DNA from: Auanema rhodensis
Lineage: Eukaryota; Animalia; Nematoda
Direction of reading: 5' to 3'
NCBI GenBank assembly: GCA_964057225.1
Contig: OZ059897.1
Coordinates: 11,222,001 to 11,286,000, forward strand
DNA length: 64,000 nucleotides
Positions 1-9,636 of the stretch are shown one piece after another. Both the position numbers and the translations under genes were made by a program. Under the pieces are notes generated by a model that saw only the letters and a list, made by a program, of their open reading frames with translations, was not told the DNA's origin and did no database searches. Positions within the stretch are counted from its first letter, which is position 1. Every line of letters begins with the position of its first letter.

Positions 1-969
1 TCTGTTGGTTAGGCTGGTCCAGAAGCATCCAGACATCACATCCATGCAGTTGAGCCAACATCTTCAACGTATGTTTAACATTATGCTTCATCCCTCCAAC
101 GTAAGAAGAAGGCTGTTAGCCAGAAACTTACGGGCCCGTGTTCCTGTGCGAAAGCCGTTGATTTCGGTCAACAACAGGCTCAAGCGTGTTCAGTTTGCAC
201 AAGAGCATCTGAACTGGACCACTGAAGATTGGTCTTCCGTCATTTTCACTGATGGAAGCAAATTTTGCTTATTTGGAAATGACGGACCTGGATTCGTCAG
301 AAGGCCACCCAATCAGCGGTACAACCCCAAATACATGCGACCTACGGTCAAGCATGGTGGCGGAAACGTCATGGTTTGGGGTTGTTTCTGTTACTCCGAA
401 ATTGGGCCACTATTCCGCGTAGAAGGCAGAATGTGTGCAGAAGACTACCAGCACATTCTTCAAGAAGCCTTCATGCCTTTCGCCATCAACAAGTTCGGAA
501 CGAGGAATCGATTTATCCTGCAGCAAGATAACGATCCCAAGCACACGGCTCGATCGACAACGAAGTTCATGGAAGAGAACCGGCTGAACGTTCTAAATTG
601 GCCCAGCCAGTCTCCGGATCTCAACCCCATCGAGCATCTTTGGAGAGAATTTGGACGAAGATCTTCAAAATACCCATGTTCTGATAAGTATGAGAAGTTC
701 AGAGTCCTCCGTACACTCTGGAGGGAGATATCACCGGATCTGCTGAAGAAACTCGTGGAATCGATGCCCAGAAGACTTCAAGCAGTGATTGATAATTTTG
801 GATATCCAACTAAATATTAATAAACTTGTTTAATTAATTTTTAAAATTTTTTTATTGATTTTGTAGTGGTTTTTAACACCCAAAATATTTTTTTTCGAAT
901 TTTCTGAAGTTTGATTCAAAAGATACGGGGGGATTCTAGTGGGTGTGCAACCTTCATCGCACAGGACTG
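1..969 (+). mobile_element. Tc1-family DNA transposon, 3' part (5' end outside window)
   Basis: Transposase ORF followed by TIR ending ...CTTCATCGCACAGGACTG|TA; a similar TIR bounds the MITE at 32485-33159. Confidence 0.9.
5..820 (+). CDS. Tc1 DD34E transposase (N-terminus outside window)
   Basis: FTD(G)SKF, VMVWGCF, QQDNDPKH, WPSQSPDLNPIEHLW and C-terminal GYPTKY motifs. Confidence 0.93.
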   Translation: MVRLVQKHPDITSMQLSQHLQRMFNIMLHPSNVRRRLLARNLRARVPVRKPLISVNNRLKRVQFAQEHLNWTTEDWSSVIFTDGSKFCLFGNDGPGFVRRPPNQRYNPKYMRPTVKHGGGNVMVWGCFCYSEIGPLFRVEGRMCAEDYQHILQEAFMPFAINKFGTRNRFILQQDNDPKHTARSTTKFMEENRLNVLNWPSQSPDLNPIEHLWREFGRRSSKYPCSDKYEKFRVLRTLWREISPDLLKKLVESMPRRLQAVIDNFGYPTKY

Positions 970-2019
970 TATGTTCTTCAACGTAGTACTTTCCAATCAG
1001 AATTTCATTCCGCAATACTTGACAAATGAGCCCGCACTAAAAACAATATTGTACAATTATATTTTATATCAAATTTTATCGAAAACTTACCAGGATTCCA
1101 CCTTCCTCTGATCCATTCCTTTCACATCTGATGTCGAGGGCTGGGCATTCAGCGTTATCAGCAAAGAAATTTGAGAAATAATACTCTGCGGCTATTTCAA
1201 TGTATTCGAAATTTTTTTCCATGTAGCGAGAGAAATTTGCATTGAATTGGCAATAAATTTCATCAAATTGATGATAGGTGACCAGGAATTTAGCTTTTAT
1301 CAGTGGCATTAGGTGGTTCAAGGCTTGATCAACTGCTTGTTCAATTTGGGTCATTTGTTTCAATGCGGAAGCTTGTCAAGCCCTTTTGAACTTACTCACA
1401 AAAGCTTAACAATTCGCAGTCATGATGTCTCTGAAATTTATAAAATCCATTACAAATATCAAAACATGAACAAATTGAAGATTAAAAAGTATATTGAATA
1501 TTTTCAAAGGATTCTCAGTGTTGGAAACGCCAGAAATCTCTTCCGATTAAAAACATAAAATCTTCCTCCACATTACCAAAAATACATAGACATCTTTCAC
1601 ACGATTAAAATATCATTAAAAAAATCATTAACAATGAGATCCCTGCATCAAAAATGCGGAAGCTTGTCAAGCCCTTTTGAACTTACTCACAAAAGCTTAA
1701 CAATTCGCAGTCATGATGTCTCTGAAATTTATAAAATCCATTACAAATATCAAAATATGAACAAATTGAAGATTAAAAAGTATATTGAATATTTTTAAAG
1801 GATTCTTAGTGTTGGAAACGCCAGAAATCTCTTCCGATTAAGAACATAAAATCTACCTCCACATTTCCAAAAATACATAGACATCTTTCACACGATTAAA
1901 ATATCATTAAAACAATCATTAACAATGAGATCCCTGCATCAAAATTGCCTAATCTTAGCGATAAAGTTCATCAGCAGTGCATATACCAAGGTAATAACTG
2001 TTTATAATAATTTTCAATC
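970..2019 (-). pseudogene. Truncated copy of the atypical kinase-like gene, cut by Tc1 at a TA; contains a 291-bp tandem duplication (1364-1654/1655-~1945)
   Basis: Near-identical to 14585-15340; reads ...IGKYYVEEH then runs into the Tc1 TIR. Confidence 0.7.
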
Positions 2020-2376
2020 GTTCCATTCGAATGATCAATGCATTACATTCATATGACGAAGCTGTAGCAGGCGGGTTAGAGTCAGAGAATGCGAGACTGA
2101 GAGAAGACGACCCGCCCTTTTCCATATTACAACACTTCAGCTTTGCCTCAGGGACGATCATGGATGGTCGGTCGTTCTCTCTCTGTTCTCTATTAGTTTA
2201 ACCTTTACTTAGTTATATGTATCTTATTGTAATCACGTAGATATAATAAACCAATCTTTCTCGAGTCTTATGTTTATCCTTATGCTCCATGTTTAACCGC
2301 TACATCTGGAATACTACCACGCTCATCTTGTAGACTCCATTGGTCTGTAAGATCGACGCGGGAGCATAACGGAACG
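2020..2376 (+). repeat. Probable 5' LTR, (C)GTTCC...GGAACG, with an inner TGTAGC...GCTACA pair at 2063-2304
   Basis: Starts at the host boundary and ends immediately before the PBS; homologous segment at 50708-51043 (-). Confidence 0.6.
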
Positions 2377-2389
2377 TGGAGGTTCCACC
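2377..2389 (+). promoter_or_regulatory. Primer-binding site, tRNA-Gln
   Basis: TGGAGGTTCCACC is complementary to the tRNA-Gln 3' end (GGTGGAACCTCCA); also at 12770-12782 (+), 36695-36707 (-) and 50695-50707 (-). Confidence 0.85.
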
Positions 2390-3887
2390 TCGAACTTATC
2401 ACAATTTTTTTTTCTTCCTTCTCTCTAATGTTTGTGTTGTTAATTTATTTTCAAATCTCTTTCATCTCTCTTTTTCTCATACCATCTACTCTATGTCTTA
2501 ACACAATACGGAGGGGCCAACAACGTTAAATGGGAACAGAGGCAAGTAATCCTTTTTTTTTTAAAGAAGGATTATACGTTTCGAGATTATTATTTTCCCG
2601 TTTGTTCACAAAAAGTTTTTCGTCTGAACCTTTAAATTTCGTATCCTTGCTTATAACATCTGAAATGCTCTGTTACCCAACCTTGAAGCTTGATGAGGGC
2701 TTTAGGCTGAATTAGTGAACAAATTCACCTAAAGTAATTGTTATTTTGTATTTCCCACGCCTTCTCCTTTTTAAGGATTAATTTTGGCTTCAAGGAAAGA
2801 ATAACTTCGGTTATATCTTTATATTTCGTGGATGAAGTTTGTTTTGCGATCAGGACTATTTTATTTTGCGTTACGATTTCGTTCAGACAAATTTTGCTTC
2901 TAACATCCTAAATTTATAATCAGTACGCATGAAAAAAAATTACACGGGAAACCTCACCAGAAAGGGAGGATTGTTAATTTATAGATCGCTATAGTCCGAA
3001 AAATCCTGTTGAAAAATGTTATCTCGAATTTGAATCATGATTAACACAGGTCGTGTTGGCTAAAGCATATCGGTTTGGATTTTCTCCCCTTACTGAATGT
3101 CACCTTCCTCATACCGTTATTGTTGTTCAGAAGCATAAGACTCACGCATTGAACCTTATTCCAACTTTAATACTAGTTCTTGTAATATTTAGCCATTTAA
3201 CTCTGCTTTTATTTCAAAATTCGATTTCTGATCACGAAATATCTACATTCATCATTGCGAAACGCTCTTTTGTAAAACTAATATTACGAATCCCATGACT
3301 TTTGTTACAACGAAACATGCGAGCTACACCAAATGTATTTGAAAACCAGATTGTAAAGAAACAAAAATTATTTTTGGTCACAAAAGAGAAATTGGTGCAC
3401 ATTTATTGTTAAACTGCTCTTTTATCAAAAGCATGTTACGAATTACACCATAAGTTTTGTTGCAAGATGACACACCACATGGTCGAGAAACTAGTGTAAC
3501 AAAACATAAGTTTAGTCAGCATGAGGAAAATGGTTGCATACAAATCAGTAAAATGTGCTGTAATTGAACGAATATTACGAATTACACTAAACGTTTTGTA
3601 AAATAACAGCTTGGTCACCCCAGATGTTTTGTGAATCAGACTTTCAACTACAGAGAAAATACGGAGAGCACCAGAGTCCCGATATCACACAGTAGAAGGC
3701 GGATCCATCGCCATTGGCCAAGGCATCGACCTCATTCTCACAAGTTGTCGATACGACACCGGTCGCTCTCCAAAGCCTTTCTCATTTTGCCTACATCCTC
3801 ATCCTTATTCACAGCATTCTTTAACGTCTCAACATCCCACACGTTACCAAGCACTCAAGGTTTTTTCAAACCAAGAGTTCTAGCAAG

Positions 3888-6800
3888 GTGGCTAAGAGAT
3901 TCCATTCAGCCGTACCTATAAGTACGCATTTCGATTCCCAAGACTCAGCTCCCTTTACCAGAAGTCGAGCTCGAGCTCAAGACGTCGCTATATTAGAAGA
4001 GGAGCAGAAAGTCGACAAGAAGCCGGATAATTTCCTTATTCCTACTACTGATTCTGTCTCACCTACTGAACAACTAGGCGACCCGGACTACGTACCTACT
4101 ATAGAAGAAGAACTATCAATCATTGTGGAGGAACAAACACCGATCACTCCTAAAAAGGTACGCTCCTCTAATTCTAATAAAAATAAGAAAAATCAAAACA
4201 TCAGCGACGCTTCTCTCTCTCTCTCACTAACCGAACCAACCGATTCCCCTTTACTTTCAAAAACTTCTAGCGCGGGTGGGCTTAGTTCTCTTAGAAACAT
4301 TGTTACTGATCTTTTTAACCTTTCGCCTAAAGATAAAACTTTCAACACCAAGCGCAAAAGCAGATATTCATCAGTCCCTAACATTAATATCTCACCAATT
4401 CAACCACCTGCACCAAATACCAGTATTCATCAAACTTCTACTCCCATCTTAACAACAACAGACTCACTTCCTAAGGCACCCAATAGACCTATTCCATCCA
4501 CGCAAACAACCCCTATTTTGGAGACCCCACCAATAACAGGTAGAACGATCAAAATACCATCTACCCGTACGAATAACATCATGACGGAAGCTGTTTCCTC
4601 ACTACCTGGGGCAGGGAAAACAACAATCGCGCAAGCCTTACTTTCGCCTTACTGTCCAACTTACGACGGCAGTCGTAACTTCCGTGATTTTACGGGTAAA
4701 TTCAACTTGTTTGCTAATGCCATTGGCCTTGTTATCCCTGAAAGGTTAGCACTTCTTCCTTTGCTTCTCAAAAATGAAGCAGCAGAAGAAGCTTACAGAC
4801 AAGTTCCTGAACAACTTAAAACAACTGGTTCGTGGAATGATCTGATTAGAGCACTAACATCGAAGCTCTGCCCTGAATATAACCAAGACCCTGCACTTAT
4901 TAACCTTCAGAACACCACGCAAGGGGAATTGACAATTGATGCATACGCCCAAGCATTAAGAACAATGGCATTGAGTGCATTTGCATCTGATGACCCACAT
5001 AAAGATCAAATACTGAGATCAACATTCCTCAGAGGACTTAAAAATACTCTAAAACCAGCTGTAATTCGAGCAAAGCCAAAATCCTTCACAGAAGCGATTG
5101 AAGCCGCTCGCTGGGAGGAATCGATAGTGAACCAAACAACAGACACGCAATCGATGTTGGTCAACGCTGTGAACAAAGCACTAGCACCCTTTGCGCGTAA
5201 TGATGAGAGACGAGATAGCCAAACATTTAATCGCAATTATCAACGCGATAACCAAATGATAAGAAACAATCAAAATTATCAAAATAATCAAAATTATCAA
5301 AATTATCAAAAAAATAAAAACTTTTCTAATTTCAATAATAATCGAAACCGTTACGGTTCTTTCGCTAATAATAATCGCCGTACAAATTATAACGAACAAG
5401 ATAATAGGCAATCGAGTTCTGATTGGCATCAAAGAAATTATAATTTTCGTCATAACAACCAACGAGGTAGATTCAATAACAACAACGGACAAAGAAGAGT
5501 TCAATTCAAAAATCCAAAAGACAACTCAAGAGGAAGAGATAGAAGCTCAACAAGAATAAACTCTGTCACCCTTTCGCCTTTGACGCTCACAGTTATCATG
5601 GCAATAACAGCAGCAATATTCTTGCCCTGTGCATCTACATATCAAATCTGTACAAGAGCAACAGGAGGCGCATTACTTATGCCACCAACAATCAGAAAAT
5701 GCAGATTAACAGAGAAAAACCATGTGCTACGTACAGAAGTTCATCTGTACACAAGAAATCACACAGCACACGAATGGGATGCGTGGCGTTGTTCAGAGGA
5801 AGTACACAAGTTATGCGTACGAGACCTGCTATTCCTCCGCGATACGAACAGAACAATAAATAGAATACAGCCTATAGGAGAGCGCGAGTGCAGACAGGCA
5901 ATCCGCGATCGCAAGTGGAATAACATAGAACTGCAACGCATTGATAGTATCACCCAAGCAACTCCGGAGCCCTCCTATGACTCAGCGCGCGCGTTCAACC
6001 GCGACGCGTGCGAGGAGCGGTCACGTCTAATATTAGAGCGCGGAGTCATGACCCGTATGCCTGACGATACAATATTGTCAAACTTAATATTAATATTAAA
6101 CACGGAAGGATGCAATGCACATCATGGTAATTGTGAATCAAGTACATCAATAATAATATGGGACCCACAAACCACTGCTTCACGTTGTAATTACATCGAT
6201 ATGCATACATATGACGCTATCATTAGTCAAGATACTATTTTAATCCCTAGTACACAATCGGCACTTATTCTTTTGAGCAAACCAACTCCGAAACCTATTT
6301 CTTCTTGCTTCAGGCAGCCAGCGTTCCATACGACATCAGGAAATTATATCATTCTTCCTAAATTTCCAAACGACAACAATATAACCACCCTTATTGAAAG
6401 AGAGTTCAAAAAGCTGCCGTTTAAAAGACCAAAACGTGCAGTCACCGAAGGATGTTCTTTCCCACTGGATCAAGATCGGATCAACGAAGTTGAAGATTAT
6501 GAAACAGTATTGCTTCACGTCTGTCCATATACTTTCCTAAGACCATTAATGAGTAATCCCGGTATTACTTCAATTATTCCTATAATTAAAGGAAGACGTT
6601 TAGTAGATCCAACATACTCTCTAAAGGCATGGATAACATCACATAAAGAAAAATTCGAATTTTTCTTCAGAATTCAAATAAATGAACATTCTGTTCGACA
6701 TTTTCTCAAGCAATACGATTTCAGTGATAAAGAAGAAGCTCTGCTATATTATATAGCACAAAGAGAATTAGCCATTACTACAAAGGCAGCAATATCATAC

Positions 6801-7883
6801 TTAACATCTGAACAGCTTCTCGAACAAATATCAGATCGTTTGACAGTAATCGAATTCGATGAAATCATAAGGAAGAAAGAAGGTTCATATCGCGAACGAA
6901 TTGAAAACATAGCTCTCAATTTAACCAATACACCAGTTATAATTGAAGAAGGATTGACAGTTCCATCACGACAAGAAGTCCTACAAACGTTCATACAAAT
7001 GCCACCAATAAGGAAACGTATACTAACTGACGAGGAAGAGAAGAAAAGCGAATTCATTAAGGCAACGATCAATTTACTAAGAGAACTAAAAACCCTCACA
7101 ACAGTACGATGGAATAAAACTGCAGCATTTATTGATGACAGAAAATTTATAAAATTGCCAGCATCACGACAATTCATGCCAAATACAGATAAACTATTTT
7201 ATGACAGGAAGAATAATTATGGAATACCGATCGGTCCACACCCTAAGCTGATCAAGCCCAGCAATCTTTCAAAGAAATTATTATTGGAAATATTTTTACC
7301 CCTGCTCAATAATGTAAAAACACCTTATACATCGAGTAGGATAACACAAGAACAACTTCAAATCTTAATGGCAGAGGAAAATGAAACAAATTTTCGGCAA
7401 ATCGCAACGCGGACATCCAGCGTCGCGGCAGGCGGCGCGGCTAGCGGCGCGGTTGTGACACCAGTCCAACCTTTGATCGAACAGAAGGGAACAATCCAAT
7501 CAGTTACGACAATACAGCAGCAAATAACGAACAATCCTCACACAAATGCAACAACCACCACAAGAGCACCATCATGGAGGCAACAGCCATCAACAACGGC
7601 GCCTCACACGACCGCTGCGACAACAGCACGCACAACAACATCAACCGCTCGTTCGCCAACAACAACAAGAAGCTATGCCATATACAAAGACGCACAGATT
7701 CCAAAAATACAAGAGACAACCAAAGCCTCTCCAACATTGATTCGAAAAAACCGAGCTTCCTCAACACCATCAGTAGAAACCTCAAATTTAGTGGAAGCAA
7801 ATGCGAGATACATAGCAACGAAAATTGACTCGGTACAAGAGTTTCGTCAAAATATATCGAACGTAAGTATGCTACTACAATGA
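3888..7883 (+). CDS. gag-env: Gag (first ATG 4581) fused in frame to an internal signal peptide (5568-5639) and the N-terminal part of a gB-like envelope
   Basis: Capsid-like region (QGELTIDAYAQALR..., FLRGLK), N/Q/R-rich tail, hydrophobic TLSPLTLTVIMAITAAIFLPCAST|YQIC, Cys-rich ectodomain, furin-type sites RPKR and RKNR, Thr-rich stretch. Confidence 0.85.
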   Translation: MAKRFHSAVPISTHFDSQDSAPFTRSRARAQDVAILEEEQKVDKKPDNFLIPTTDSVSPTEQLGDPDYVPTIEEELSIIVEEQTPITPKKVRSSNSNKNKKNQNISDASLSLSLTEPTDSPLLSKTSSAGGLSSLRNIVTDLFNLSPKDKTFNTKRKSRYSSVPNINISPIQPPAPNTSIHQTSTPILTTTDSLPKAPNRPIPSTQTTPILETPPITGRTIKIPSTRTNNIMTEAVSSLPGAGKTTIAQALLSPYCPTYDGSRNFRDFTGKFNLFANAIGLVIPERLALLPLLLKNEAAEEAYRQVPEQLKTTGSWNDLIRALTSKLCPEYNQDPALINLQNTTQGELTIDAYAQALRTMALSAFASDDPHKDQILRSTFLRGLKNTLKPAVIRAKPKSFTEAIEAARWEESIVNQTTDTQSMLVNAVNKALAPFARNDERRDSQTFNRNYQRDNQMIRNNQNYQNNQNYQNYQKNKNFSNFNNNRNRYGSFANNNRRTNYNEQDNRQSSSDWHQRNYNFRHNNQRGRFNNNNGQRRVQFKNPKDNSRGRDRSSTRINSVTLSPLTLTVIMAITAAIFLPCASTYQICTRATGGALLMPPTIRKCRLTEKNHVLRTEVHLYTRNHTAHEWDAWRCSEEVHKLCVRDLLFLRDTNRTINRIQPIGERECRQAIRDRKWNNIELQRIDSITQATPEPSYDSARAFNRDACEERSRLILERGVMTRMPDDTILSNLILILNTEGCNAHHGNCESSTSIIIWDPQTTASRCNYIDMHTYDAIISQDTILIPSTQSALILLSKPTPKPISSCFRQPAFHTTSGNYIILPKFPNDNNITTLIEREFKKLPFKRPKRAVTEGCSFPLDQDRINEVEDYETVLLHVCPYTFLRPLMSNPGITSIIPIIKGRRLVDPTYSLKAWITSHKEKFEFFFRIQINEHSVRHFLKQYDFSDKEEALLYYIAQRELAITTKAAISYLTSEQLLEQISDRLTVIEFDEIIRKKEGSYRERIENIALNLTNTPVIIEEGLTVPSRQEVLQTFIQMPPIRKRILTDEEEKKSEFIKATINLLRELKTLTTVRWNKTAAFIDDRKFIKLPASRQFMPNTDKLFYDRKNNYGIPIGPHPKLIKPSNLSKKLLLEIFLPLLNNVKTPYTSSRITQEQLQILMAEENETNFRQIATRTSSVAAGGAASGAVVTPVQPLIEQKGTIQSVTTIQQQITNNPHTNATTTTRAPSWRQQPSTTAPHTTAATTARTTTSTARSPTTTRSYAIYKDAQIPKIQETTKASPTLIRKNRASSTPSVETSNLVEANARYIATKIDSVQEFRQNISNVSMLLQ

Positions 7884-9532
7884 TCCAAGAGGAATTGCAG
7901 AAACATTTTGAAGAATCATACGAATCGATTTGCGAGATACAAAATCGGTATCTGGAATTATGGAAATCAATTCTACAAATTGAACCAACAATCGCAATGC
8001 GAACAATACTGGGAAGAGAAGATATAGCCGCACGGTTTGTAGGCAATGAAATTTTGCATATACATGTATGCCCTACAGTGCTAGAGAAAACCATTTATCA
8101 CAATCACACCGTAAATGGCACATGCTATCTCGAAACCCCAGTCTGGACACAAGACGGACAGTTACTGTTTGCAGCACCCGGATCCAAGGATCTTTTACCT
8201 CATGGTAAAGAAATAAGCTGTGATCACGTACCAACAGATATCTGGTCTAGCGAAGGTGAATGGAAAGGAATTAATGGGACTGCAGACGTCAATCTTGTAT
8301 CAATGTGGGACGGACTTCATCACGAAAAAATAACACCATTAAAATTCACCGGAGCTCACTTATACACTAATTTATCGTCTCGTGTATACTTAATGACCAC
8401 AGCCATAGCTTACGGTGCGAGTTTAGCATCGATTCGTCAGAATCACGTTCTTCACACAATTCACAATGATCCAAAGATATCAGCTACATTCAGTGTACTA
8501 AAGAAAAGTAGCGACTACATATCGAAAGCTCAAGAATTCACCAAGAGCACATGGAAGTCATTCATCGATACAATTGCAGGAACGATTGAGCGAACACTAA
8601 TAACGATCGGTGCAATTACATTATTTACCATCATACTCTTTGTGATAGGTTTCATTGTAAAGATCTATTTCTTCAAACCAGTAGGCATACCAGTTATGCA
8701 TATTGCACTCAAAGATCACGACAGTGATCTACCAACATACGAAGAAACTTTGGAATTAGTTAGTCATCCGGACCAACCGATTCCAAGACACATAATGAAA
8801 CAATACTATCCATCAATGCTCACATTCATACCAATCGCACTACCATTAGTTTGCTCGATTTCCAAAAAGAAAGATCAAGCGCTACCACTTCTATGGATGA
8901 CTGTTAACGATAGACTGATCCTAACTTTATGGGACTCAGGTTTGTCCGTCAGTTACATAAGAATATCGACACTACACTACTTAGCTTTGAATGACTTTGT
9001 TAAGAAGAATACATTAAGAGCAACAACAGCGAACGGATCAGAATTTGTATTCATTGGTACTATCGACTTAACCGTCGAAATAGCCGGTTACGAAATCGAC
9101 CATACATTCTTCATATCAGACGACAAAGACTGTCCATCGCCAGCGTTGGTTGGATTAGATTTCATGAAAACACTTGACTGTCAAAACATTGGCATGAAAC
9201 TAAGACCATACAAAAGAACACTGGAAATTGGAAATCATGTAGTACCTTTGGCTAGCGGAATTAACGGGGATATTAACAGGATATCAAAAACTGTTAATTT
9301 GATAACCTTGGAGCCGCGGAGTCTACTTCCTCGACAAGTTTTTAATTTCCAAGTCCAATTAGAGAACCCAATCGGAGAAGACTTAATCGCTATGATTAAA
9401 CCAAACGACAATACACCTCTCTCACCTCGATACGACACAGCATTTCGCGATGTTAACTCCATCAATATCCAATTCCGGAACAATTCTAAAGAATTCATAG
9501 AAATACCGGCCGGCACGCAGAAGCCGAAATAG
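7880..9532 (+). CDS. env-pro: C-terminal envelope (gB-like domain, TM anchor) fused in frame to an aspartic protease
   Basis: EPTIAMRTILGREDIAARFVGNEILHIHVC resembles the gB NPT..G..v.A.f.GD..sv..C segment; TM ITIGAITLFTIILFVIGFIV; protease LWDSG and LVGLDFM. Confidence 0.82.
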   Translation: MIQEELQKHFEESYESICEIQNRYLELWKSILQIEPTIAMRTILGREDIAARFVGNEILHIHVCPTVLEKTIYHNHTVNGTCYLETPVWTQDGQLLFAAPGSKDLLPHGKEISCDHVPTDIWSSEGEWKGINGTADVNLVSMWDGLHHEKITPLKFTGAHLYTNLSSRVYLMTTAIAYGASLASIRQNHVLHTIHNDPKISATFSVLKKSSDYISKAQEFTKSTWKSFIDTIAGTIERTLITIGAITLFTIILFVIGFIVKIYFFKPVGIPVMHIALKDHDSDLPTYEETLELVSHPDQPIPRHIMKQYYPSMLTFIPIALPLVCSISKKKDQALPLLWMTVNDRLILTLWDSGLSVSYIRISTLHYLALNDFVKKNTLRATTANGSEFVFIGTIDLTVEIAGYEIDHTFFISDDKDCPSPALVGLDFMKTLDCQNIGMKLRPYKRTLEIGNHVVPLASGINGDINRISKTVNLITLEPRSLLPRQVFNFQVQLENPIGEDLIAMIKPNDNTPLSPRYDTAFRDVNSINIQFRNNSKEFIEIPAGTQKPK

Positions 9533-9636
9533 GATCTATACCGGACTATGAAATCTTCTCAACAGAACAACAGTACGACTATATTCCACCAGAAGCAGAC
9601 TGGGAAGGCAAATTACCTCACTTCCCTGGTGATTTC

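Noticed and set aside
1926-2019. 94-bp flanking duplication as a giant TSD
   Set aside because: Three mismatches, and the sequence belongs to a pre-existing tandem array
4596-4626. LPGAGKTT at the start of Gag looks like a Walker A motif
   Set aside because: It lacks the first G/A of GxxxxGK[ST] in both copies, and there is no preceding beta strand or Walker B
7880-7883. ATGA overlap as programmed stop-restart
   Set aside because: It would split the lumenal ectodomain with no new signal peptide; an indel is more parsimonious, though not excluded
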